Positions 29,813-38,386 of a stretch of 64,000 nucleotides of DNA are shown one piece after another. The first letter of the stretch is position 1. Each line of letters begins with the position of its first letter. Origin of the DNA: Patescibacteria group bacterium. Its GTDB lineage: Bacteria > Patescibacteriota > Microgenomatia > UBA8517. The notes under the pieces were generated by a model. That model was not told the DNA's origin. It did no database searches and saw only the letters and a list, made by a program, of their open reading frames with translations. A program made the position numbers and the translations under genes. The stretch spans positions 33,572 through 97,571 of the forward strand of contig DASVCV010000004.1 in the NCBI GenBank assembly GCA_036381415.1, read 5' to 3'.

Positions 29813-31662
29813 ACAGTTATTTTAGCAAATGAAGGCTTTGGACCTACAATTTTTTCAAAATCATCTCTATCAATTGTCTCTTTTTCAAGAAGTGCTTTAA
29901 CTACTTTATCAAGAAGTTTTTTGTTTTTCTTCACAATAACAAGTGCTGTTTTGTGTGCTTTTTCCATTATTCCTCCTACTTCTTTGTCAATTTTTTCCTG
30001 CATGGCAGGTGATACTTGAGACGGCTCCATCCAGTTGGCATTTCCAAAATCATCATATCCAACTTGCGGACCAAGATTAACAGGCCCGAGATTACTCATT
30101 CCAAAATCCACAACCATTGCACGGGCCACACGGGTTGCATGTTCAATATCATTTGAAGCACCTGCTGTAATATCACCAAATATAACTTCTTCAGCAGCAC
30201 GGCCACCTAACATTGCTGCAATTTGCTCGATAAGACGGGATTTTGTTTCATGGGTGCGGTCTGCAGCTGGGGGAATAAGGGTGTGGCCTAGACTCATTCC
30301 ACGAGCAACTATTGAAATTCTGTGGACTGGATCCATTTTAGGCAAAATATGGGTAACAATGGCATGCCCTGCTTCATGATAGGCTGTTATTTCTCTGTCT
30401 TCTTTTGATTGAAGCCTGTGACGGGCTGGTCCCATTTTTACTTTGGTTGCAGCTTCTTCAATATCTTCCATTTCAATTTCGTGTTTGTCAGATCTGGCTG
30501 CATGGATTGCTGCTTCATTTAACATATTTTCAAGATCTGCTCCTGAAAACCCTACTGTTCTATCTGAAACACGGCTCCAATTTACATTTTTAGAAAACTT
30601 TTTGCCTTTGGCATGGATTTTAAGAATATCGAGACGGCCTTCCTTGTCAGGCATATCAAGAGTAATTCGTCTATCAAACCTACCTGGTCTTAAAAGTGCT
30701 GGATCCAGAAGATCTCCTCTATTAGTTGCTGCAATTACAATAACATTATCATTTGGAGTAAAGCCATCCATTTCAACTAATATCTGATTAAGGGTCTGCT
30801 CTCTTTCATCATGACCTCCAACATATCCTCCACGACCTCTTTGGCGTCCTATTGCATCAATTTCGTCAATGAAAATAATTGAAGGGGCTGAGGCTTTGGC
30901 TGTTCCAAACAAATCTCTTACACGGCTAGCTCCTACTCCGACTAACATTTCCATAAACTCCGAACCAGCCATTGAGAAAAATGGAACGCCTGCTTCACCT
31001 GCAACTGCTCTAGCAAGAAGAGTTTTTCCAACTCCTGCTGGACCAAAAAGAAGAACGCCTTTGGGGGTGCGGGCACCCATTGCTCTATATTTGGATGGGT
31101 GTTTTAAAAAATCAACTACTTCAGAAAGCTCTTTTTTGGCTTCATCTACTCCTGCTACATCTTTAAAAGTTGTTGCTTGTTTTCCTTTAGAAAATAATTT
31201 TGCACGGGATCTTCCAAAAGAAAATATGTCTTGAGCTCCTTTATTCTGGGATCTTAAAAATAAAAACAAAAGACCACCCATCAAAAGAAGAGGTATTATA
31301 ATACTTGCTAATTCACCAACTGCTCTAGTTACTGTTTGGTCTGAGATACTGTAATTAACTTTAGTAGGGTCAATGTTTGCACGATTTAAAAGTTCTGGAA
31401 AAGAAATGCTGTCTTCTTTTGTTGCAACTTTAGTACTTTTATCTTTATAGGTAAAAATGAGTTTGTTTCCTTCAACTGATACCTTGTCCACCTTATCATC
31501 TTTCATATCTTGCAGAGCATTTGATAGATCTATGTGGCTATTGTCGATTTGGGTTTGAAAAAAGGCCAAAAAGAAAGGAGCAATTAATAAAATGGATAAA
31601 ACTACTAAACCTACTTTAAAAAGATTAACTTTTAGTTTGACTACTGGACGTTTTTCTTTCAT
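29809..31662 (-). CDS. ftsH: ATP-dependent zinc metalloprotease FtsH
   Basis: N-terminal TMs, Walker [17 protein letters not shown] zinc site. Confidence 0.95.
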   Translation of the reverse strand: MKEKRPVVKLKVNLFKVGLVVLSILLIAPFFLAFFQTQIDNSHIDLSNALQDMKDDKVDKVSVEGNKLIFTYKDKSTKVATKEDSISFPELLNRANIDPTKVNYSISDQTVTRAVGELASIIIPLLLMGGLLFLFLRSQNKGAQDIFSFGRSRAKLFSKGKQATTFKDVAGVDEAKKELSEVVDFLKHPSKYRAMGARTPKGVLLFGPAGVGKTLLARAVAGEAGVPFFSMAGSEFMEMLVGVGASRVRDLFGTAKASAPSIIFIDEIDAIGRQRGRGGYVGGHDEREQTLNQILVEMDGFTPNDNVIVIAATNRGDLLDPALLRPGRFDRRITLDMPDKEGRLDILKIHAKGKKFSKNVNWSRVSDRTVGFSGADLENMLNEAAIHAARSDKHEIEMEDIEEAATKVKMGPARHRLQSKEDREITAYHEAGHAIVTHILPKMDPVHRISIVARGMSLGHTLIPPAADRTHETKSRLIEQIAAMLGGRAAEEVIFGDITAGASNDIEHATRVARAMVVDFGMSNLGPVNLGPQVGYDDFGNANWMEPSQVSPAMQEKIDKEVGGIMEKAHKTALVIVKKNKKLLDKVVKALLEKETIDRDDFEKIVGPKPSFAKITV

Positions 31663-31724
31663 ATGTTTATTCTAAATCTTTTCTTTAATACCAGATTATA
31701 ACACGAAAATAGGAGCATTTAGCT

Positions 31725-32093
31725 TTATCTCACTTTTGTTCCATTAGGAACTTTTTGAGAAAGCTTAAAAAGAATTGGCTTTTCTTCTTCTTCACTTTTT
31801 TCGTCCTTTTCTAATTTCATAGATGCTGCAAGCATCATTCCATTACTAGTATCACCTTCGGGTCCCATCTTTTTAGGTTTCATATTTACTACAAAAGGAA
31901 ACTGCTTCCCAACAAGATCTTCAGATTTGTAGAATTTCATTATTCCTGCAAAAATTACTCTTTTGCCCAATTCTTTTCCAAAATCAACTTCTAACTTCGT
32001 TACCCAATGGGACCACTCAGGAACAGAAGCATCCACAACGGTCCCAACTCTAATATCTAACTTTTGGAAATCATCAATTGAAATAGGATCCAT
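31725..32093 (-). CDS. tRNA-binding (CsaA/Trbp111/EMAP-like OB-fold) protein
   Basis: DIRVGTVV...SNGMMLAAS pattern. Confidence 0.7.
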   Translation of the reverse strand: MDPISIDDFQKLDIRVGTVVDASVPEWSHWVTKLEVDFGKELGKRVIFAGIMKFYKSEDLVGKQFPFVVNMKPKKMGPEGDTSNGMMLAASMKLEKDEKSEEEEKPILFKLSQKVPNGTKVR

Positions 32094-33095
32094 TTATTTA
32101 AAATAATTTATCTTCATAGACTGGCGTACTTTTTCCATAGTTTGACTGGCAACTTTTCTTGCCCTTTGAGTTCCTTCTTCCAAGATTCTATTTAATTCAG
32201 CTGGGTTTTTACTGAGAGCTTCTCTTTTTTCTCTAATGGGTTTAAGGAAATTATTGAGAACTTCAAAAAGATATTCTTTAATTTCAACATCCCCTACTTT
32301 TCCTTCTTTATATCTTTGTTTAAATTCTTTTATTTTTTCTTTATCAGAACCGAAGGCATCAAGATAGATAAATACTGGATTTCCTTCTGGATTTCCTGGA
32401 TCTGTGGGATGAATTCTTTTTGGATCTGTATACATCCCCATTACTTTCTTTTTAAGATCTGCTTCTGAATCAGAAAGGTAAATGGCATTTCCCAGACTTT
32501 TGCTCATCTTTGAGTTTCCATCAATACCAGGAAGTCTCTTAACTTCTCCTACCAAGGCTTCAGGTTCTACAAATACTTCTTTATATAGTGAATTAAATTT
32601 TCTAACTATTTCTCTTGTTTGTTCAATCATGGGGAGCTGATCTTCACCTACTGGAACTAAGTTGGCATTAAAAATTGCAATATCTGCAGCTTGAGAAACA
32701 GGATAGACTGCAAATCCTGCAGGAATGTTTTTTCCAAAGCCTTTTTGCTTAATTTCATCTTTTACAGTTGGGTTTCTTAATACTCTTTCTAGGGTTACAA
32801 GATTTAAATAAAAAACAGTAAGTTCAGCAATTTCAGGTATGAGAGATTGAATAAGAATTGTAGTTTTTTTAGGGTCTATTCCAACAGATAGATAGTCTAA
32901 AAGAAGTTCTTTAATATTGTCTGCTACTTTTTGAGGATTTTCAAAATTGTCAGTTAGAGCTTGGACATCAGCAATCATCACAAATTGGTCATATGAATCC
33001 TGAAGCTTTACTCTATTTTTCAAGCTCCCCACATAATGACCAAGGTGCATTTTTCCAGTTGGTCTGTCACCAGTTAATATTCTTTTTGTAGCCAT
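32094..33095 (-). CDS. trpS: tryptophan--tRNA ligase
   Basis: HIGH-like [14 protein letters not shown] and KMSKS. Confidence 0.95.
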   Translation of the reverse strand: MATKRILTGDRPTGKMHLGHYVGSLKNRVKLQDSYDQFVMIADVQALTDNFENPQKVADNIKELLLDYLSVGIDPKKTTILIQSLIPEIAELTVFYLNLVTLERVLRNPTVKDEIKQKGFGKNIPAGFAVYPVSQAADIAIFNANLVPVGEDQLPMIEQTREIVRKFNSLYKEVFVEPEALVGEVKRLPGIDGNSKMSKSLGNAIYLSDSEADLKKKVMGMYTDPKRIHPTDPGNPEGNPVFIYLDAFGSDKEKIKEFKQRYKEGKVGDVEIKEYLFEVLNNFLKPIREKREALSKNPAELNRILEEGTQRARKVASQTMEKVRQSMKINYFK

Positions 33096-33127
33096 ACCGC
33101 AATCTTACATTAACTTAAGAGGATTTT

Positions 33128-33199
33128 AAAGAAGATGTGCCAACGATTGGGTTCGAACCAATGACCGATCGCTTATGAAACGATTGCTCTACCGCTGAG
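33128..33199 (-). tRNA. tRNA with CAU anticodon (elongator Met, or Ile2/lysidine)
   Basis: Acceptor GCCAACG/CGTTGGC, D-arm GCTCAGCGGTAGAGC, anticodon loop TTCATAA, T-arm ATTGG-TTCGAAC-CCAAT; anticodon stem lacks the 3 G-C pairs of initiator. Confidence 0.7.
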
Positions 33200-33878
33200 C
33201 TACGTTGGCATTGGGTAATGCCCTTATCAGACCTAATATTTTATAATAAAGTTCTCCAGGTTTCAAAACCAATACATCTAGCGTGCCAAAATGGTCATCA
33301 TAATTGTCGTAAACCTTATGCACTTTAGACTTTTTAAAGCTGGTTTTGTGGAAATGAGACAGTGGTATTCCAGTTAATTCAGACCAATACTTTTTAACTA
33401 CTTCTTCCCTTTCTTTATGCATCTCATTTATTCCCACCCTTAGCACAAGCCTATCTTTATCTATACCGAAACTCTCTTTTAACCACTTGATCATGAATTT
33501 AATAACATTTGGATCTGAATTACAAAATGTTAGTCTTCCATCTTTTTTGGATCCTTCTGCCCAATACAAGGCAAGTCCGGTTAGAAAAAGTTCTCTTTTA
33601 GATATGTTTTGGATTGTTTTTGAGCCTTCTTTGTTGCATTCTGCTATTAACTTAAGTCGTCTTTCTTTCTGTATTAAAGCTCCCTTTACCCTTCCCAGCT
33701 CACTTCCTTTGATCATACTTTTTTTAAGTTCTTCTAGCTGCCTCACAGAAAGGATAATATCTCTAACCCAAATACTTGCTGTGCTTTTTGATATATGAAG
33801 CTCTTCTGAAATTTTTTTAACGCTTTTCCCTCTTTTTCGCATCTCACGTGCCTTTAGTCTTAATTCGTATTTTGCCAT
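33189..33878 (-). CDS. HTH-domain protein with possible LAGLIDADG-like motif
   Basis: N-terminal HTH (SVKKISEELHISKSTASIWV); central FLTGLALYWAEGSKKDG resembles a single LAGLIDADG motif; 3' end overlaps tRNA by ~11 nt. Confidence 0.35.
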   Translation of the reverse strand: MAKYELRLKAREMRKRGKSVKKISEELHISKSTASIWVRDIILSVRQLEELKKSMIKGSELGRVKGALIQKERRLKLIAECNKEGSKTIQNISKRELFLTGLALYWAEGSKKDGRLTFCNSDPNVIKFMIKWLKESFGIDKDRLVLRVGINEMHKEREEVVKKYWSELTGIPLSHFHKTSFKKSKVHKVYDNYDDHFGTLDVLVLKPGELYYKILGLIRALPNANVAQR

Positions 33879-33989
33879 TCGAACTTCCTCTTCTGATGTA
33901 TATGCTCATATTACTCTCTAGTACTCTCTTAGTCAAATACAAATTGATATTTATTGCTTTCAAGACTATAATTAGCCTGTTCGTTTACA

Positions 33990-34248
33990 TGCGGGGTAGT
34001 GTACGGATGCACGGAAGGCTAGTAGAATGGGCCCTTTGAGAAGTAATTTTCAAAGCAAACTTGGCTATATCGGTGGACAACCTAATTTTAGGTCAATACC
34101 GAGGGAACCTTATAAATTTTTAAGGACACCGTAGAGACTAAACGCCGAGCTCCTGAATTTCAGGATGATGATATAGTCCGACACTCACAGTAATGTGAGA
34201 TTACAGATGCATAATCTTCCAGGCTGGGTTCAACTCCCAGCCCCGCAA
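33990..34248 (+). ncRNA. ssrA: putative short tmRNA (ssrA)
   Basis: 3' end CTGGG-TTCAACT-CCCAG-CCCCGCA-A identical in layout to tmRNA T-arm/acceptor (E. coli GGGUUCAACUCCC); 5' TGCGGGG pairs with acceptor and is followed by GGATGCACGG (cf. GGAUUCGACGG); candidate resume GCA AAC. Only ~259 nt; tag frame unresolved. Confidence 0.45.
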
Positions 34249-34271
34249 CACAGTAGTATTAGAGGAGGGAT

Positions 34272-35699
34272 CTAACTTGGCTTTTGCGAAGGGATAATTG
34301 ATACCGGATGTAATATCATATCTTTCAACTGTTGGGCCTTATCCATGAAATTCTCGACTTTATTTTCTTTTGCAATTTTAATTGCCTTATTAACTAAGTC
34401 CAAAGCCTCTTCTTTCTCGCCAAAGCCTCTTAACGCATTAGCAAAGTTGTGCATTAGTAATGCTAACTCTGCTTTATCATTGGCGTTTATTAAAATACCC
34501 TTTGCGTACATAAACGAACTCTTGCACACTTTCTTTTCAAATTCCGCCCTATCTTTTAGACCTAAATGGGTAAAATGTTGAGCTCTTCCACCTGCTGCTG
34601 AACCTATCATGGAAAAAATCCTCGAAACTGCCAAGTAGTTTTTAGACTCTATGGCTTTATTTATGGCAGTTCTGAATAATTCTTTAAATTCCAAATCTAA
34701 TGACTTTAGTCGACCAATAATCGCTGCTTGCTCCTGCGGGGTTATGACTGGCCAGCCAAGGCTATTTGTCATTATTATTTTTCCCCAACCCTCCAAATCT
34801 AGAAGAACGAATTGAGTAGAAACATTGATTCCTTTTTCAGCTCTCAGAATAGCTTCAGCATCTTTAGCTTTCATATTTAATGCTGTTTGTATGCCTAAAT
34901 CTATTAAAGTATTCTGATCTTCTGCTGTGTCAGGTGAATATTTATACCATGAAACTAAAGCCAATATTGCTTGTAAAATAGCCTCTTGATCTTCTGAGGA
35001 ATAGACAATCTTTCTAACTTCTAATAAATCTTCTTTTGTGGGTTGCCCTTTATATAGGGATACAACCTTTTTATAATCTTCACTTTTACCTTTTTTAGAT
35101 GGTGGTTTATTCCCTGTAAAACCTACCTTGATATCTCTTTGCTGATTTTGTTCTGCGGAGGAAGCTATATCTTTAGAACCTTCACCTTTTTTACCTCCTA
35201 AAAGCTCTTTTACTTCAGCTAGAATTTTACTGTCACCCAAAAGATTTATATCCAAAATGTAGTTAATTATGTCCTGAGGCAGATTAGAAATTTTATCCGC
35301 TATCATTTTGTGATCCCACAATTCTATCTTTAAATTCGGGTGTGTCTGTCTCAAAACGTCAGTCGATTTGTGTATTGCACCAGCTAGAGTATCATTTGTT
35401 AAATAAACCCACCTTCGAACACCACTATAATTAGCTCTGCAACCTGCAAGATCGCTTTTAATTTTTGATTTAGTCTTACTTAAACTCTCCCCTCTGGTAG
35501 CATGGGCTTGGAAAAAAATGCGAGCTTTTGGACAATATCCATCATTTTTAGTATCACCCTCGACCCCTCCTGGCCTAACAGGCGTGTAGTCATCTGGGAA
35601 TAGGCTCAAACACAATCTATCACAAAATTCCTGAAATGAATTACCTTCTAAACCTCTAATTTTATCTTCTATTATTTTCCTTTGTGAATTTTTATCCAT
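34272..35699 (-). CDS. hypothetical 475-aa protein: N-terminal nuclease-like region + C-terminal helical-repeat (TPR-like) domain
   Basis: N-terminal PDDYTPVRPGGVEGDTKNDGY...IFFQAHATRG reminiscent of Mrr/PD-(D/E)xK cores (uncertain); C-terminal repeat helices. Confidence 0.45.
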   Translation of the reverse strand: MDKNSQRKIIEDKIRGLEGNSFQEFCDRLCLSLFPDDYTPVRPGGVEGDTKNDGYCPKARIFFQAHATRGESLSKTKSKIKSDLAGCRANYSGVRRWVYLTNDTLAGAIHKSTDVLRQTHPNLKIELWDHKMIADKISNLPQDIINYILDINLLGDSKILAEVKELLGGKKGEGSKDIASSAEQNQQRDIKVGFTGNKPPSKKGKSEDYKKVVSLYKGQPTKEDLLEVRKIVYSSEDQEAILQAILALVSWYKYSPDTAEDQNTLIDLGIQTALNMKAKDAEAILRAEKGINVSTQFVLLDLEGWGKIIMTNSLGWPVITPQEQAAIIGRLKSLDLEFKELFRTAINKAIESKNYLAVSRIFSMIGSAAGGRAQHFTHLGLKDRAEFEKKVCKSSFMYAKGILINANDKAELALLMHNFANALRGFGEKEEALDLVNKAIKIAKENKVENFMDKAQQLKDMILHPVSIIPSQKPS

Positions 35700-36195
35700 A
35701 AATTCTCTTTAGAGCTTTAGTCCACCATTTGGGGTCATTTACTTGGATAAAATTTGAGGGGTAATATTCAAAGGTATATTCCTCTAAATGTTTTAGCTGA
35801 TTGTTATCAATAGAGGATCTAATAATCTGTTTTGCATCCTCAAGCAACTTCTCATCTTTTAAGTGGGGATGCGACATATGAAGCAACATCCCTCCATCTG
35901 TAAAAGCAAAGCCTGAAATTAAATTATCTTTGGTAACAATAAATGAGGCTATCCTCATAAGAGTGCCAGAGGAAATTTCAAATCCTTGGCTGTAGGGCAT
36001 AATAGTAAATTCTTTGTATTTTTCAGGTAAAGAGCCAAATTTCGTCTTTAATAAATCTTCCTGCCTATACCAACGATCACCTCGATCCCCAACCTTCACA
36101 GCTGCTAGTTTTCCTTCCCTATCCCAACGTCTCAAGGTTTCAGGATGGACACCTAGAAAATTGGCTGCATCTTGAATTGAAAGTAGATTTTTCAT
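35692..36195 (-). CDS. MerR/excisionase-type HTH protein with C-terminal unknown domain
   Basis: LSIQDAANFLGVHPETLRRWDREGKL HTH_17-like; 8-nt overlap with downstream 475-aa gene. Confidence 0.5.
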   Translation of the reverse strand: MKNLLSIQDAANFLGVHPETLRRWDREGKLAAVKVGDRGDRWYRQEDLLKTKFGSLPEKYKEFTIMPYSQGFEISSGTLMRIASFIVTKDNLISGFAFTDGGMLLHMSHPHLKDEKLLEDAKQIIRSSIDNNQLKHLEEYTFEYYPSNFIQVNDPKWWTKALKRIYG

Positions 36196-36323
36196 AACTT
36201 ATACAAGATTATACATTCGTACTCACTTAAAGTCAACATCCATTTCTGGTTTAAAATCTTAGAAGAATAATTACACACTCATAAGTTAAAAAATTTTAAC
36301 TTCATTCCACCCCGTAACAAGAT

Positions 36324-36713
36324 TTAGAAAAACAGTTTTGCCCATTTTTTCCAGTTAGGATCAGGCAGAAAATTTTCTTCTTTTTCAGGAGTGGGAGCTA
36401 AGAGTTTTAGAGTTTGGGCATCAGGAAGAACTACTATAATTTCTCCAGCTTTTGCTAATCCTAATTTGTTTCTTGCTTCCTTTTCTATAAATTCCTGACT
36501 TTTGGCTTCTGCCACCTTTTTTTTGAGTTCTTCTTGTTCTTTCTGGGCAGCTTCAATTTTGTTTTTAGCTTCTGTCAGTTTTTGATTTGCATTAAGGATT
36601 TTTTTAATACTTCCTAAGAGTGAAAGCGAAAGTAAAATTATTACAACAATAATTAAAATGTTTGTTATTAATCTAATATTATGAATTATTCTCTTAAGTC
36701 TTTCTTGAAACAT
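36324..36713 (-). CDS. ftsB: septum formation initiator (FtsB/DivIC family)
   Basis: Single TM, coiled coil, IEKEARNKLGLAKAGEIIV conserved C-terminal motif. Confidence 0.7.
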   Translation of the reverse strand: MFQERLKRIIHNIRLITNILIIVVIILLSLSLLGSIKKILNANQKLTEAKNKIEAAQKEQEELKKKVAEAKSQEFIEKEARNKLGLAKAGEIIVVLPDAQTLKLLAPTPEKEENFLPDPNWKKWAKLFF

Positions 36714-36744
36714 AGGTTTTATATGATAAAATATAGGATATTAT

Positions 36745-37605
36745 ATGAAACAGCCCTTAAGTAAAATAGTTCCACAATTTATTGACAACCTTCGAGCTAT
36801 TGGCAGATCTCCTGCCACTATTCTAGCTTACAGAGCAGACCTTGAACAGCTTGTTTCATACTTAATCAGCAAGAATAAAGTAATGGCTGATCAAGTCAAA
36901 TCAGAGGATCTGGAATCATTTAGAGATTGGCTTCTTTCTCAAAAGTACACTCCAAAATCTACTTCACGTAAATTAAATGCAGTAAAAACTTTTTTTAGAT
37001 GGATGAAAGATCAAAATATTGTAAGTGGAGATGTATCACATGATGTTGGGCATCCAAGGATTGAAGCTTCAATGCCTAAGTATTTATCTCAAATGGAATA
37101 TAGAGCATTAAGAGATGTAGTAAGAGGAGACAGGCGAATTGCAGCAATAGTGGAGCTTATACTTCAAACTGGAATGAGAATTTCAGAAGTTGCCAATTTA
37201 AAAACAGCTGATGTAAAAGGAAATGAAGTAAGAATTGAGGCATATGCAACACAACCTGAAAGAACAATTCCACTTGATACTCCTGCTAAAGAAGCTTTGG
37301 AAAACTATCTTAAAGATAGACCAAAATCAGACTCCCCTTACCTATTTGTCAGTAAGAATGGAAAACCACTGGCCATTAGAAATATTAGAGCTGCTATTGA
37401 TAGATATATGCAAAAAGCTGAAATTGGAAAGTTTAGCGTTAATGATTTAAGAACTACATTCATAGTAGAAAATCTTAAAAGAGGAGTTGATTTAGTTACA
37501 ATTTCACAAGTAGCTGGACATAAAAGACTTTCTACAACAGAAAGATATCTTGAAATTGCACAAGTAAAAGAAACTGGAAAGAAACAAAAACTAGAAGAGC
37601 TTTGA
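36745..37605 (+). CDS. tyrosine site-specific recombinase, XerC/XerD-like
   Basis: N-terminal SAM-like (ATILAYRADLEQL), catalytic R...HxxR...Y (AGHKRLSTTERYLEI); 286 aa, no arm-binding domain. Confidence 0.85.
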   Translation: MKQPLSKIVPQFIDNLRAIGRSPATILAYRADLEQLVSYLISKNKVMADQVKSEDLESFRDWLLSQKYTPKSTSRKLNAVKTFFRWMKDQNIVSGDVSHDVGHPRIEASMPKYLSQMEYRALRDVVRGDRRIAAIVELILQTGMRISEVANLKTADVKGNEVRIEAYATQPERTIPLDTPAKEALENYLKDRPKSDSPYLFVSKNGKPLAIRNIRAAIDRYMQKAEIGKFSVNDLRTTFIVENLKRGVDLVTISQVAGHKRLSTTERYLEIAQVKETGKKQKLEEL

Positions 37606-37648
37606 AAAATATTCCCCAACCTTCTGGAATTTTATCTGATTTCTGCTA

Positions 37649-38047
37649 TTAATTTTCTAATGGATAATACAAATACTGTCCTCCATTAATTTCTACCATT
37701 TCTGAGGAAACATTAAGATTTCTTATTAAATCTCTTACTTCATCAAGAGAATCAGATGATAAATACTTCTGAACTATCCCTAAACCACCTGAGTCTTCAA
37801 GGGCTATACATCCTTTGTCTTCTCTCGTGACTTCAACCCGACCGTTTGTATATACGCTTACCGTTCTTGACCCATTTTTGATTTCCCATCCTCCATGCAC
37901 TTCTAATTGCCCAGTTTTTTCATTGATAGTTGGGTTAAACCTAACCCACTCTCTTGGTTCAGGATCAGGTCTTAAGGTAGGTACTGGCCCGCTACTTTCA
38001 GACAGGAATCTACCCAGAATCTTTTGGACACCATGCTCAATACTCAT
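37649..38047 (-). CDS. hypothetical protein
   Basis: 132 aa, no motif. Confidence 0.3.
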   Translation of the reverse strand: MSIEHGVQKILGRFLSESSGPVPTLRPDPEPREWVRFNPTINEKTGQLEVHGGWEIKNGSRTVSVYTNGRVEVTREDKGCIALEDSGGLGIVQKYLSSDSLDEVRDLIRNLNVSSEMVEINGGQYLYYPLEN

Positions 38048-38089
38048 AGAGTGTATTATACCAGATAGTTGTCTTCTGACTGAAGCTGT

Positions 38090-38162
38090 GGGCGTGCATG
38101 GGATCGAACCATGGACATCTACTTTATAAGAGTAGCGCTCTACCGCTGAGCTACACGCCCAT
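38090..38162 (-). tRNA. tRNA-Ile with anticodon UAU (AUA decoder)
   Basis: Perfect cloverleaf: acceptor GGGCGTG/CACGCCC, D-arm GCTCAGCGGTAGAGC, anticodon stem CTACT/AGTAG, loop CTTATAA (U33-UAU-A37), T-arm CATGG-TTCGATC-CCATG, discriminator A. Confidence 0.75.
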
Positions 38163-38171
38163 TAAACAATC

Positions 38172-38381
38172 CTATTTTACCATGGATTCTTTGATTTTTG
38201 GTTCTTTTTGAGGTTTTTTAGGAATCCATGTTTCTTCGTATTCATCCACTACAAATTTAGATGAGAGATCATAATCTGGATGCGGGTCTGTAGGTGTTCC
38301 ATTACAGGTGTAAAAGGCAATGTTTTTGTGATCTGGAACTAGCTGTCTACCGCAGCGGATGCATAATTCTGGCTGTGCCAT
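38172..38381 (-). CDS. small zinc-ribbon protein
   Basis: CIRCGRQL...YTCNG; immediately downstream of the 784-aa ATPase gene. Confidence 0.35.
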   Translation of the reverse strand: MAQPELCIRCGRQLVPDHKNIAFYTCNGTPTDPHPDYDLSSKFVVDEYEETWIPKKPQKEPKIKESMVK

Positions 38382-38386
38382 TGGAG

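Noticed and set aside
34050-34115. Assignment of a specific tmRNA tag peptide (ANLAISVDNLILGQYRGNLINF)
   Set aside because: Frame starts with E. coli-like GCA AAC, but the length and C-terminus are atypical; reported only as uncertainty within the tmRNA call.
36301-36325. Segment TTCATTCCACCCCGTAACAAG resembling the tmRNA 3' end (CCCAGCCCCGCAACA) as a possible attR
   Set aside because: Only ~13/15 matching positions over a very short span that overlaps the ftsB stop; too weak to call an island boundary without further evidence.
36745-37605. Tyrosine recombinase as a phage/island integrase defining a mobile element from tmRNA to tRNA-Ile
   Set aside because: The 286-aa protein has the Xer-type N-terminal signature and no arm-binding domain, and is paired with an ftsB-like housekeeping gene; more likely chromosomal XerC/D.
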